Shown in pieces: positions 1-13,367 of a DNA stretch of 64,000 nt (its first letter is position 1; the number at the start of each line of letters is the position of its first letter). The notes below the pieces were generated by a model. It had not been told where the DNA came from and made no database searches. It saw only the letters and a list, made by a program, of their open reading frames with translations. The position numbers and the translations under genes were made by a program. The DNA lies in the IMG/VR virus record IMGVR_UViG_3300037400_003286, one strand, 5' to 3'. This stretch comes from a virus. Lineage: Duplodnaviria; Caudoviricetes.

Positions 1-23
1 AAACTCTGTAAATAATTAATTAT

Positions 24-34
24 AGATAAATAGT
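24..34 (+). promoter_or_regulatory. Putative phage late promoter AGATAAATAGT (variant of T4 TATAAATA)
   Basis: The same motif recurs about 20-45 nt upstream of many structural genes in the window. Confidence 0.75.
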
Positions 35-58
35 TCAAAGGATTTAATTCACATATTA

Positions 59-310
59 ATGTATTATCCAAATAAAAGAAGTGGTCGCTGGTATTGTACA
101 CGTCATCAGGACATGTATACTGACTTAGGTTTCAAATACACTGGTCATATCTATGATCATACCATAAGTCCAGTGATTATGAGAAACAAGAGAAATAAAG
201 AGATACTATCACATATTGAACCTTTGATTGTATATATAATCGAAGCTGTAAAGCAAATCAAACTTCAATATATGTTCTCTTTAGACAAAAACGATACAAG
301 AGTTAACTAA
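59..310 (+). CDS. Small hypothetical late protein
   Basis: 83-aa ORF after a late promoter; its stop overlaps the ATG of the next gene (TAATG). Confidence 0.7.
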   Translation: MYYPNKRSGRWYCTRHQDMYTDLGFKYTGHIYDHTISPVIMRNKRNKEILSHIEPLIVYIIEAVKQIKLQYMFSLDKNDTRVN

Positions 311-3300
311 TGGGTGTTTTCAATTATAGCAGATTTCATTATTTCGACAAAGACGGTCATGAATTGATTCTTTCACACAAACCTGGTGTAAGAATCAACA
401 TCATTAATGACAATATCCCAGAATTCTATGCAGAATACGCTCTTGTAAAGAGTACACCAGACGTTGTTGATCCTGCAACAAACTCATCGTTGCATCAAAT
501 AAAGGCTGGTATGCGTTTTGATGTTGAGGAGGGAACAACATTCAGAGTGAAAACATCTATACTTGATTCAAGTACGGATGATACATACATAGGTGATGCT
601 TTCCTTAGAAAAGGAACATATGAACTGAAATATTACACTTCAACATTCGGAAGGGAAAACTATCCTTATCCTCTGTACAACGAGTCGAATGATGATTTAA
701 GAAGACTTACACTTGACAAAAACAATCTTGCTATTGATTCAAGCGTTAATTTCTTCCCTTCATATACATTCGAAGCAAGAATGGAGTTTGAGAAAGTCTC
801 AACTGGATTGGTTGAGACTCAGACTATATATGTGTTGATTGATGATGAATATGCTGTTGATAAAAACGGCATAGGACAATTTGTTCCAGTTTCTGAATAT
901 GCTGCACACTATGATGAATTTGTTGCTGCATGTGAGGTTTATGACAGCAGTATAGATAATTTGAATGATCAAATAGAAAACATAGACTCAAGTATATCAG
1001 AAGTTAAAGGAATATTGTCTGATGATCTTGCTGAAATATCAAGATTAACAAAAGAACAAAACACACTGAAAGAGGAAGCCCGTTATGTTACGAGAGAACT
1101 TAACAAGCATTTCGAATCATATGGTGTCGTAGATCCTCAACTGTGTGCAAGAAAGAGAGATCTTGATGAGCAAATAGCAGCATTAGATGCAAGCATAGAA
1201 GCTGTATATGATTCCGATCCTTATCACTTCGGACTTCTTGATGACTACACCAATCTTAAAGAAGCCAAAGAGAAGGAAATAAACGATCTGTTAAAAGAAG
1301 CTGAAGATCTGTACAACAAGAGAGATTACTTCAAAGGTGTAAAGGATTATATCGACAGATTTGATCTTCTATTCTTCATTGATTGCAGAGAGCAGAAAGA
1401 TTTCAGAATATTCGATGTAAGATATGATGAAATGAAATGGACAGACAGAAAGTTTCTTAATTTCAAGCAAGAAAGAGAGGACGGATGCAATAATAATGGT
1501 TTCTCTGTCAATGTCGGTTTCTCTGGAGAAAATGACGGTGTATATGAACAGGGACTTTATATCTGCCTGGTTGATAAAGCAAATACCGAAAACAGCGAAC
1601 TCGGTGAAGCATATCCTATAGGTGAAATAAAAATGGCTGCTGAAACAGAGGGTGAAGATGAAAGATACAGATCATTCTTTGATAATTTCGGTATACCTGA
1701 TCCTAAATACTACAATGATATTTTCATAGAGAGTGATATAAACAACGATTCTCCAGACTATATAAGCATCAATAAGAACTCTAAGAAGATGTTCCTTGCT
1801 TATAACGACATCTTCCCTTATATCGGCAGCTATAAGGCACTTCTTAACGCTATAAGAACACTTGGATATGAAGATGAGATATTCTTCAAGGAATGGTATA
1901 AAGAAATAGGAAACTCTGCTCTTGAGGATAGTGGATACACTACATATGAAATATCATTCAAGGATAATACAAACAGAAACCTTATATCGAATCTTGATAT
2001 TTCTGAAAGAATTCATCTGAGAAAGATGAACTGGGTTTCTATGGTTTACAAGATAAACGAAGAGCTTGATAAACCAGAGGATAAATTCGGATTTCCAACA
2101 GCGATAACAAATTATAAGAACTTTAACACAGACAGGCTCGCAAAGATATTAAGCCTTAAGAACTGGCTTGAGAAGTATGCAATGGGCGTAAACTGCCACA
2201 TTACAGATGTTGGTGGTGAAGGACTTGTATTTGAAAGATACAACCTAAATAAGTACGGAACATATCAGAAAGTATATGAGTATGATAACGAGAAAGCTAT
2301 TTCAGCAGTAATAAAAGATGATGCTGTCGCTTTAGTTAATGGTACTGCATCAATTGATGTTGATATACACACGACAGACAAAGATGTTATGATTGAGGAA
2401 CTTGGTGATATCAAATTCCTGGATCTTTGTGATGGTTATTTTGATAGTTCTTCAATATACCACGATTTCGATCGAAACGTGATTGATTCTCTTGATTACA
2501 GATACTTTGGTAAGTGTTTTGATTTACATGACAATATAAACACATTCGAGATAAGAACAAGAGGTAAGCATAATAGCTTCAGATTTAATAGATCTCTTGA
2601 TTATGAATCACCAAATTTACTTATTGATAATGATAAGATATTCTTTGATTACGCTCAATGCTTCAACAAATTTAAAAACTCTGTTTTTAAAAATCCTCCT
2701 GTAATTCAGATTGAGAATGGTATAATAAAAAGATATAAGCCAAGTAAAGAAAATTCTGGACAATATGATTATTACTCAAACATATATCCATATATTGAAG
2801 ATGATGTAACGTATTATAGAATAGAAGTTCTTAAAAATACATATGGTTCAGTAGAAACATATGATATTCTTAATGTTCCAACATTTATACCACCTATAAC
2901 TTATTCTTCGGATCCTGGTGAAAACGTAAATGATTATGTTCAGTTAGATCCTCTATCTTACGTATCAAAAATATCTGATGAGACAAGAATAAAAAGATAT
3001 AGAAATCACAAATACAGTACAGATAGTAGATATTTTGAAAGAAATGGAAATACATACGGATTGCGTTATTGCACAGATAACGCAAACGGTATACCTTGTT
3101 TCAAAATTCTTGGATATGAAGAGAAGAGTATGTTGTTATCATCAGACCATATAAGATATCCATTTACAAAAGAACAATCTGGATCAGAAGACAATGAAGG
3201 ATATGAATATATGCTTGAAATTATCAACGGCAGAATGATTTTCAATGATGTTGATAATAATAGTATTGTTACTCTTAATTTTGTATATGATGATAAAGAA

Positions 3301-5178
3301 AAACATCAAAGTATTTTCGTCAATACATTTAAGGAGTCAGATATGTCTTCATTATATCGTTATAAAACAGCAGCTTATAACACAACCGACAGATTCCTTC
3401 CTGGAGGTCAATATCAATATTTCATAGATGGTTATAATGATGATGTAGATTCATATGTTACATATGATGGTTCAAAAAGTGTAATTGTTAATAATGTTGG
3501 AGAATATACTGTCGATGCTATACTGTATGATGAATTTAATAATATATTCGCAAAACGTTCAAGTAAAACTATAAATATTCTCCCATCATTTGCTGATGCT
3601 AGTATATTCTCTGGCAATATTTCATCTGGAGAACCATATAATAAAAGAGGAATCACTGCTGGTATAAGTACACTTTCTGGGTTATTGAGCATATTCAATA
3701 ATTCAACAAATGGCGTAAGTGAATGTATATTTGAATATGTACCAAAACTTCAAATATCAACTATAAATAAAAGCACTCTAGAACTGACATACTATGGTAA
3801 TCAAACATTGTTTGATGGAAAAAACGATATAGGAACCAATTTAGTTAGAAACGAAGAAACATATTCAAAAGCCATATTCTCATCTATGGCTGACAGATAT
3901 GATATTGTAGCAGACGTATCAGATGAATATGAACATTCATCTTTATCTGACATTTTCATGTTAGTAAAAACCTCTGGATATAATGCGCATCTTGGCGTTT
4001 ATGATTGGTCATCAGTTTATTACATGCTTATACAATATGGTCAAAGATGGCTGACTGATATTGGTTATGACCTTGATTTGTTGTTTAACAAAAACGAAAA
4101 TGATCCAAACGGATCGTTTGCTGATGTAACATTATACGTTTATGATGAACTTTGTGAATATCCTGTGGCTTCAATACCAGGTATAATGCTTCCTGGTGTA
4201 GCATACGAAAAAGCAAATGATTATGATACATATTTCTTTATGCCTGTAAACGGATCAAAAACAACTGCTGCTACATTATCATCTACGCTTAAAGGATATT
4301 GTTCTAATAGTGGAGGTAAAACAGATTTCAAACGATTCACATATTATATTATACCACAATGGTCTATACCTTGCACAATAAACAAAATATCTCAATTAAG
4401 CAACAATATAGATATAGATCTTTCACATCAAATATTCAGTACAACATCATACAAACGAACAGACATAGAATCTGGAAAAATGATGTCTATATTCTATAAT
4501 ACAAGACACAATAATAACTACTATGGTAAGGGTTCTTACATGATAAAACGTGTAAAGAATAACAACTATACTGGTTACATTTTGTATGCTTATCTTGGAA
4601 ACAAGAAACAAACTATAGAAAATGATCAATCTGGTTTTGACGGAAGTACATGGTTTGGTCCAGCAAGCCTTGACTACATGACATATATGTGTGATCTTAA
4701 TAAAGATTATAGTGATAACCAGATAGATTATGCAGTGCTTGTTAATAATTCTGATTACAGATATTGTGAATATTTTGTTGATAGAGATTATTCTATTTCG
4801 CTTAGAAACTTTGATCCAAACGATGCTATAGAAATTTGGGAATATGATTCAGACAAATATAAAACAACAGGTAATATAATTGCAAAATATATACATAATG
4901 TACCAATCACTACAACAAGTCCATACATAGAACTTGTTCCTCATATTCCTGGTTATATCAATACTATGCAAAAGATAAGGAGCGAGAATGTTACTGTAAG
5001 ATGGAAAATATACAAACGTGTTGGTGAAGTTTCAAAGAACCTCATCATGGAAAGTTTCAACAAAGCTTTGTTCATAAAGCTTAAAGAAAAAGGAATATAT
5101 GATATTGAAATGACTGTATGGGATCAGCATGGTAACAGATTTGATAAGAAGATGGATGGATATATAACATATAAATAA
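310..5178 (+). CDS. Very large virion structural protein (possibly baseplate wedge-associated) with an internal coiled-coil segment
   Basis: 1622-aa ORF in a late operon; Y/D/N-rich; heptad-like region at about aa 205-345; PKD/Ig-like strands (GEYTVDAILYD, GIYDIEMTVWD). Exact function not identified. Confidence 0.6.
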   Translation: MGVFNYSRFHYFDKDGHELILSHKPGVRINIINDNIPEFYAEYALVKSTPDVVDPATNSSLHQIKAGMRFDVEEGTTFRVKTSILDSSTDDTYIGDAFLRKGTYELKYYTSTFGRENYPYPLYNESNDDLRRLTLDKNNLAIDSSVNFFPSYTFEARMEFEKVSTGLVETQTIYVLIDDEYAVDKNGIGQFVPVSEYAAHYDEFVAACEVYDSSIDNLNDQIENIDSSISEVKGILSDDLAEISRLTKEQNTLKEEARYVTRELNKHFESYGVVDPQLCARKRDLDEQIAALDASIEAVYDSDPYHFGLLDDYTNLKEAKEKEINDLLKEAEDLYNKRDYFKGVKDYIDRFDLLFFIDCREQKDFRIFDVRYDEMKWTDRKFLNFKQEREDGCNNNGFSVNVGFSGENDGVYEQGLYICLVDKANTENSELGEAYPIGEIKMAAETEGEDERYRSFFDNFGIPDPKYYNDIFIESDINNDSPDYISINKNSKKMFLAYNDIFPYIGSYKALLNAIRTLGYEDEIFFKEWYKEIGNSALEDSGYTTYEISFKDNTNRNLISNLDISERIHLRKMNWVSMVYKINEELDKPEDKFGFPTAITNYKNFNTDRLAKILSLKNWLEKYAMGVNCHITDVGGEGLVFERYNLNKYGTYQKVYEYDNEKAISAVIKDDAVALVNGTASIDVDIHTTDKDVMIEELGDIKFLDLCDGYFDSSSIYHDFDRNVIDSLDYRYFGKCFDLHDNINTFEIRTRGKHNSFRFNRSLDYESPNLLIDNDKIFFDYAQCFNKFKNSVFKNPPVIQIENGIIKRYKPSKENSGQYDYYSNIYPYIEDDVTYYRIEVLKNTYGSVETYDILNVPTFIPPITYSSDPGENVNDYVQLDPLSYVSKISDETRIKRYRNHKYSTDSRYFERNGNTYGLRYCTDNANGIPCFKILGYEEKSMLLSSDHIRYPFTKEQSGSEDNEGYEYMLEIINGRMIFNDVDNNSIVTLNFVYDDKEKHQSIFVNTFKESDMSSLYRYKTAAYNTTDRFLPGGQYQYFIDGYNDDVDSYVTYDGSKSVIVNNVGEYTVDAILYDEFNNIFAKRSSKTINILPSFADASIFSGNISSGEPYNKRGITAGISTLSGLLSIFNNSTNGVSECIFEYVPKLQISTINKSTLELTYYGNQTLFDGKNDIGTNLVRNEETYSKAIFSSMADRYDIVADVSDEYEHSSLSDIFMLVKTSGYNAHLGVYDWSSVYYMLIQYGQRWLTDIGYDLDLLFNKNENDPNGSFADVTLYVYDELCEYPVASIPGIMLPGVAYEKANDYDTYFFMPVNGSKTTAATLSSTLKGYCSNSGGKTDFKRFTYYIIPQWSIPCTINKISQLSNNIDIDLSHQIFSTTSYKRTDIESGKMMSIFYNTRHNNNYYGKGSYMIKRVKNNNYTGYILYAYLGNKKQTIENDQSGFDGSTWFGPASLDYMTYMCDLNKDYSDNQIDYAVLVNNSDYRYCEYFVDRDYSISLRNFDPNDAIEIWEYDSDKYKTTGNIIAKYIHNVPITTTSPYIELVPHIPGYINTMQKIRSENVTVRWKIYKRVGEVSKNLIMESFNKALFIKLKEKGIYDIEMTVWDQHGNRFDKKMDGYITYK

Positions 5179-5210
5179 AAAAGAGGTGAATTAAATTTCA
5201 CCTCTTTTTT
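5177..5210. terminator. Bidirectional intrinsic terminator
   Basis: AAAAAGAGGTGAA-loop-TTCACCTCTTTTTT between convergent genes. Confidence 0.85.
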
Positions 5211-5213
5211 GTT

Positions 5214-5891
5214 TTACTCTGATTTTGTTTTATCATCAGTCTTTTCTTCTACTGGCTGTTCTGGATCTCTTGGATCTGTTTCTGTATCCTCAAGAACATG
5301 CAAGTAGTAACCTTGCTCGAACATAGCCCACTTTTCCTTTAACTCGTCGCAAGCAGCAGCCTCTTTCTTATACCAATCAACCAACTCATGAAGAGTCTCG
5401 TAGATTGGAAGATACTCATCCCATATTTCAGCCATATGTCTTGCTGAATCAATACCGATTCCTCCGTAGTTCTCGAACAAAAGGAATGCGTACTGAACAG
5501 GTGCATACTCAAGAATGAGATCAACAGGGTTCTTTTCATCAAAACCTTCAATAAAATCATTCATCAAAGCAGAGAAATTAAGAACGCCTACGAACATTCT
5601 CTGACTCCACAAAGAATTATCATTGAAATCCTTCATGAACTTTGCAACACGAAGAGCATTATTCTTGTCAGCAACAAGATAATCCTTCTTTTCCTGCAAA
5701 GCCTTTGTTCTTTCCTCGAACTCCTTCTTTACATTTTCAATATCCTCACTTGTTGGAACCTTATCTGGATCTATCCAGTATTTACCCATATTCTGAACAT
5801 TGAATTCAGCAATGGCTTTTCTACGTTCCTCTTCAAGTCTAGCTGCCTGTGAAGCAGCATCATTCACATTCTTTTCAGTTTTCTTACTCAT
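5214..5891 (-). CDS. Hypothetical protein
   Basis: 225-aa ORF with phage-like codon usage; last gene of the minus-strand operon. Confidence 0.8.
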   Translation of the reverse strand: MSKKTEKNVNDAASQAARLEEERRKAIAEFNVQNMGKYWIDPDKVPTSEDIENVKKEFEERTKALQEKKDYLVADKNNALRVAKFMKDFNDNSLWSQRMFVGVLNFSALMNDFIEGFDEKNPVDLILEYAPVQYAFLLFENYGGIGIDSARHMAEIWDEYLPIYETLHELVDWYKKEAAACDELKEKWAMFEQGYYLHVLEDTETDPRDPEQPVEEKTDDKTKSE

Positions 5892-5923
5892 TTATAGCTA
5901 TAAAATTATTTTTAAGAAAAGGT

Positions 5924-6142
5924 CTATACCTTTATTATTTCTCTCCATTCTGGATAATGACATTCACAACTGAAATAATAGTCTTTCTTACCGTCATATC
6001 CGTCTGGTATTCCTTTTACACCAGTTATTATTTTTCCAGTGTATAACATAGTATTTCTTCCTGTTAACTTTTGATAAGGAAATTTCTGATACTTTGTATA
6101 TACATTTCTATACTTGTCTATACGAAACGACATAATGCCCAA
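5924..6142 (-). CDS. Small hypothetical protein (true start may be ATG at 6049)
   Basis: Fills the gap in the operon; short; ends in TAG. Confidence 0.35.
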   Translation of the reverse strand: MGIMSFRIDKYRNVYTKYQKFPYQKLTGRNTMLYTGKIITGVKGIPDGYDGKKDYYFSCECHYPEWREIIKV

Positions 6143-6573
6143 ATACCAACACCTATAATTCCAGCAAGCGCAAGGAATGTATAAAGAAGTTTTGTCAACG
6201 TCAAACTATATCCAGTAAACACAAACAATACACCATAAGATAAAGATGGGTTATCATTTTCATCGACGAAATTGTTTACCTGTGGCACAAGATAGTCACT
6301 CCATCCCAAATCCTGTCCAAGATACTGAATAACTGGCTTCAATTTTGTCATAACCATTCTGTCAAAATTGTAGTCAGCGTTTCTCAGATCTGTATCTGTG
6401 CAGTTAATCTGGACATATAAAATATTACCCAACCAATTTCTCTTAATACCTAGACTGTTCATTCCAGACTTCGGCTCACTAAGTTCCCTGCTAATATCTT
6501 TCTTGAACCTAAAAAAGTTCTTAAAGTCCATAAAAGCCTGGACAAGTTTATTATCATAAATATCGAATGCCAT
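6118..6573 (-). CDS. Hypothetical membrane protein
   Basis: 151 aa with a C-terminal hydrophobic helix (LLYTFLALAGIIGVGIWAL). Confidence 0.75.
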   Translation of the reverse strand: MAFDIYDNKLVQAFMDFKNFFRFKKDISRELSEPKSGMNSLGIKRNWLGNILYVQINCTDTDLRNADYNFDRMVMTKLKPVIQYLGQDLGWSDYLVPQVNNFVDENDNPSLSYGVLFVFTGYSLTLTKLLYTFLALAGIIGVGIWALCRFV

Positions 6574-6577
6574 TTTC

Positions 6578-7339
6578 TTAGCTGTTTCTCATTTCTTCAA
6601 ATATGTTATATAACTCATTGTGTTTGTCCATTACTTCATTCGCAAGTTCAGAACAACCTTTTCGAATCCAGTTTTTGACACTTGCAGAAGAAACCTTATT
6701 TTCTTCAGCAATTGTATCAACCTTCTTCTGATTTATATATCTCTCTTTCATAACGATCCTCAAATGATCAGGAAGATAATCCATACATTCTATGGATGCG
6801 TCGTATATATCAGATAACACCTTTGATTTTGTATATGTCTTGAACTCTCCACCGTTAAACGACATATTTTCGATCTCCTCGTCAGAGAACATATCATCAA
6901 ACAAGCATCCTTCATCAGATGATACTATTCTTTCATGAACATCTGAAAGATCTATATTTACTGTGTTTATCTTACTCTTATACCCACCAGACCTGAAATA
7001 TGTCACAGCATCATTATGTGCAATCCTATACATCCATGTTGAAAACTTACCAGCATCATCCTTGAAACTGTCTATTCTGAAATAAACATGTTCCATCGTT
7101 ATACTCAGTATGTTTTCAGTATCTTCCTTGCTTCCTGTCATACCGTAGATATAAGTCCTAAGCCCCCATGAACATCTTTTCATAAGAGCATTGAAATTTT
7201 TCTCACTATGGTCATCAATGAATCTCTGAGCTAGAAGCTGAATATCCTTGTTTTCTTCCTGAATCTTCTTCTTTTTCTCAGCAGGATCTACAACATGACC
7301 AGGATTAAATATACTATTTTTGGACATAGGCTCGCTCAT
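6578..7339 (-). CDS. RNA polymerase sigma factor, ECF-like (sigma70 regions 2 and 4)
   Basis: Region-2-like FNALMKR..SKEDTENIL..GKFSTWMYRIAHN; region-4-like LPDHLRIVM..TIAEENKVSSASVKNWIRKG. Confidence 0.85.
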   Translation of the reverse strand: MSEPMSKNSIFNPGHVVDPAEKKKKIQEENKDIQLLAQRFIDDHSEKNFNALMKRCSWGLRTYIYGMTGSKEDTENILSITMEHVYFRIDSFKDDAGKFSTWMYRIAHNDAVTYFRSGGYKSKINTVNIDLSDVHERIVSSDEGCLFDDMFSDEEIENMSFNGGEFKTYTKSKVLSDIYDASIECMDYLPDHLRIVMKERYINQKKVDTIAEENKVSSASVKNWIRKGCSELANEVMDKHNELYNIFEEMRNS

Positions 7340-7341
7340 AA

Positions 7342-7656
7342 TTACTTCTTTTGTGGTTCAATAGGTACAAAATATTTAAGGAAATTCTCCTTGTTGTTGA
7401 TTACACCCATCAACTGTACAACAACACGATAAGGAAGATATGACAAATCCCTTATAAGCTCATTAATTTGTGCAATAGGCATGATTCTGTTTTCAGCCTG
7501 ATCGATCTTATCAAAGAACTTCTGTGCATCCACATAAGCTACATCAGCCAATACTTTCTTAAGATCATTTACAAACAAATCGGATAACTTATAGTGTTGT
7601 CCATAATTCATTACCTGAGGTTCAGGCATTTCTGAAGATTTTGCAATATTATTCAT
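7342..7656 (-). CDS. Hypothetical protein
   Basis: 104-aa ORF tightly packed between helicase and sigma. Confidence 0.75.
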   Translation of the reverse strand: MNNIAKSSEMPEPQVMNYGQHYKLSDLFVNDLKKVLADVAYVDAQKFFDKIDQAENRIMPIAQINELIRDLSYLPYRVVVQLMGVINNKENFLKYFVPIEPQKK

Positions 7657-7666
7657 TTCTGTAAAT

Positions 7667-9451
7667 TTAATTATTTGGTACTATAGATGTTGGTGGTATC
7701 ACCTGTATTCTTCGTATGAAATCATCAGAGAACATTTTATATGAATTCTGCATCAAATAAGAATAGCATCCATCGAATATAAATGTTACACACCAATCGT
7801 GTTCGTTTCTTATTCCTCTACCTACTCCCTGTAGAATCGATATTGCTGTTGTATTGCTATACCATTCTGGGTTTATATTTTTCTTAGCTTTTACGAATTT
7901 GTCAGCCAGGCTAGGGTATGGAACCTTCATTATAATCTGGAACCTACAAAGATCATCATCGAATGACAAACCTTCTATAAGACTTGGGCCGACAAGAACC
8001 TTATCGTTACAATATTTGAAATATTCTATAGCCTCTGTCTTACCCTTTGTATCATCATATAATATCAACCTCTGTCTTACAGCAGGACCTACATAATCAA
8101 TCAGTTGCTTTGCGAACTGATAGCTTCCAGTTTGTATTATACCTCTCTTACCAGCGTACATATTTATCGTTGCTTCTATCAACTCTGCAACTTTAGGAAG
8201 GTTCTGTTCCTTCTCCTTATATGATAGTCTGTAATCTGGAATATAGAATATAGGCGAATTTGTAAAATCGAATGTCGAAGGTATATCTATAGAATGATAA
8301 TTACTGAACGAACATTCTTTTGCAAACGCATCAGCTTCACCTATTGTGGCAGACATATACATCTTGTTTTTACAATGAGCATGAAAATGCTTATTCATAA
8401 GATAAGACTCATTGATACAGTTAAATGTTATATTGTCTGGTGTAGAATCATCATAATTCTTTACAAGATTCTGTATTCCTACACTTTTTATAATCTCAAC
8501 ATAATCAGAGAATGAACTTATATGATTTTCAAGAAATTCACAATTGTATACGAGGTTTTTATCTTCTTTTGATAATGGTTCATTCTGATCCGTTTTCAAA
8601 GAAATATCTCTTTTGATTGTATCTATACCATCGTTCAACACTTTCATCTTTGAATTATATTCTTCAAGATAATCAAGTATAGAAGCATTGTCAGATGTTG
8701 CTACAATTTTCCTTCTGATAAGTTCAATTTCATCAACTATAGTGTCATTATCAAGACCAGACTCAACGATATTCTTCATTTTTCCTATATCGTCTGGTTT
8801 CATTGCTGGAGAAAAATGATTCTGAACTATACCGACAAGCTTGTGTGCCTCATCACATATAGTAAAATCTCTTTCATTAAAAGGTGCTTGCTCTCTTAAA
8901 AGAGCCTTTACAAGATTTTGCTGAATTAACCAGAACGAATATGTACAAACAAGAAGATCAGCACGCATGGCTTTTTCTCTTTCCTGAATATATGGGCATT
9001 CACATGCACATTCAGGAAACTTCTTCATTATATCACCATACGACTTACATCCTTTTAGCTTACATGCACCAGAACTGAAATTAAAGCCATTAACAAGGCA
9101 CTGGTAATTTTGCTGTCCTTTAATAACACTCCAATTCGGGAAATATTTTTCAACATCTCTCGAATACTGATCAATAAGGTTTAGATCCGATGCCAATATA
9201 TAACCAGTCATATCATAGAATCTGGTTAATACTCCAGCTATGGTTAAAGCTGTGATACTCTTACCAGATCCAGTAGGAGCAGAAATAATAACATTATCTG
9301 TTCCGTTCAACCAATTATCAACAGTTGTGGCTACGGCTTCTTTCTGATTTGGTCTGAATCTGAATGTCGGACCGAAAGACTCCATAGCAACAATATCAAT
9401 CTGCTCATTGATCTTATCTATTCCTGGTGATTTAATATTATTCTTATCCAT
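7667..9451 (-). CDS. DinG/XPD-family SF2 helicase
   Basis: Walker A APTGSGKS, DEAH box, Cys cluster typical of the Fe-S domain, QGVGRGIRNEHDW motif VI. Start moved to ATG 9451 because a promoter motif lies inside the longer ORF call. Confidence 0.85.
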   Translation of the reverse strand: MDKNNIKSPGIDKINEQIDIVAMESFGPTFRFRPNQKEAVATTVDNWLNGTDNVIISAPTGSGKSITALTIAGVLTRFYDMTGYILASDLNLIDQYSRDVEKYFPNWSVIKGQQNYQCLVNGFNFSSGACKLKGCKSYGDIMKKFPECACECPYIQEREKAMRADLLVCTYSFWLIQQNLVKALLREQAPFNERDFTICDEAHKLVGIVQNHFSPAMKPDDIGKMKNIVESGLDNDTIVDEIELIRRKIVATSDNASILDYLEEYNSKMKVLNDGIDTIKRDISLKTDQNEPLSKEDKNLVYNCEFLENHISSFSDYVEIIKSVGIQNLVKNYDDSTPDNITFNCINESYLMNKHFHAHCKNKMYMSATIGEADAFAKECSFSNYHSIDIPSTFDFTNSPIFYIPDYRLSYKEKEQNLPKVAELIEATINMYAGKRGIIQTGSYQFAKQLIDYVGPAVRQRLILYDDTKGKTEAIEYFKYCNDKVLVGPSLIEGLSFDDDLCRFQIIMKVPYPSLADKFVKAKKNINPEWYSNTTAISILQGVGRGIRNEHDWCVTFIFDGCYSYLMQNSYKMFSDDFIRRIQVIPPTSIVPNN

Positions 9452-9454
9452 CTG

Positions 9455-9469
9455 TTGCAAATATACAAC
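9455..9469 (-). promoter_or_regulatory. Host-type (Bacteroidota sigmaA -7) promoter GTTGTATATTTGCAA
   Basis: Contains TAnnTTTG; identical 15-mer at 12931 and 38215. Confidence 0.75.
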
Positions 9470-9488
9470 TTTTTCTTGAAACAAGAAA

Positions 9489-9519
9489 GGATCGATCCTA
9501 TTTTATTTTGGATCGATCC
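9489..9519. terminator. Hairpin/terminator between ligase and helicase
   Basis: GGATCGATCC-N11-GGATCGATCC; the arms are palindromic, so they pair with each other. Confidence 0.55.
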
Positions 9520-9543
9520 AATCTAAAAACAACAAATATACAA

Positions 9544-12881
<3,338 letters not shown>

Positions 12882-12930
12882 CTTTTATTTTTGTTTTTTT
12901 ACGTGAGTTATTTATTGATATTTTTGTCTG

Positions 12931-12945
12931 TTGCAAATATACAAC
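12931..12945 (-). promoter_or_regulatory. Host-type (Bacteroidota sigmaA -7) promoter GTTGTATATTTGCAA
   Basis: About 50 nt upstream of the MFS start; identical to the 9455 and 38215 copies. Confidence 0.75.
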
Positions 12946-13003
12946 TTATTTTCCAAACATAAAAGCTTATTTTGAATAAATAAAGAAAATTGTGACTTAA
13001 AAT

Positions 13004-13228
13004 ATGGCAAACAATGATATGAAATTGGTTGATGTCAATTGCGGAAGAATGATTCCTCAAGGAAACCTCAATCCTAACCAAGCTGGAAGCTATGCAAGTA
13101 TGCGTGCTGAATTAGACAAGAAACAAAACTCAAGTAAATGTTTCCAGTCGTCTACACCTAGCGGATTCAAGCCAGGATATACAACAAAAGGTTTGAATGA
13201 CGTATGCTGGGGATGCGCAACTTTCTAA
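13004..13228 (+). CDS. Small hypothetical protein
   Basis: 74-aa ORF preceded by late-like GAATAAATAAA (12974-12984) and followed by a terminator. Confidence 0.65.
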   Translation: MANNDMKLVDVNCGRMIPQGNLNPNQAGSYASMRAELDKKQNSSKCFQSSTPSGFKPGYTTKGLNDVCWGCATF

Positions 13229-13337
13229 TATAGTCTAAAAAATATATTATTTCAATACATTTAATCAAAACAAGAAATTCAATAATATCAAAATATCCAG
13301 GACTTCTAAACGATTACATTTGTTTGGACTAAAAAAT

Positions 13338-13363
13338 AAAGGTTGGATTAATTTCCAACCTTT
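13338..13363. terminator. Bidirectional intrinsic terminator
   Basis: AAAGGTTGGA-N6-TCCAACCTTT between convergent genes; same stem as at 33674. Confidence 0.8.
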
Positions 13364-13367
13364 TATA

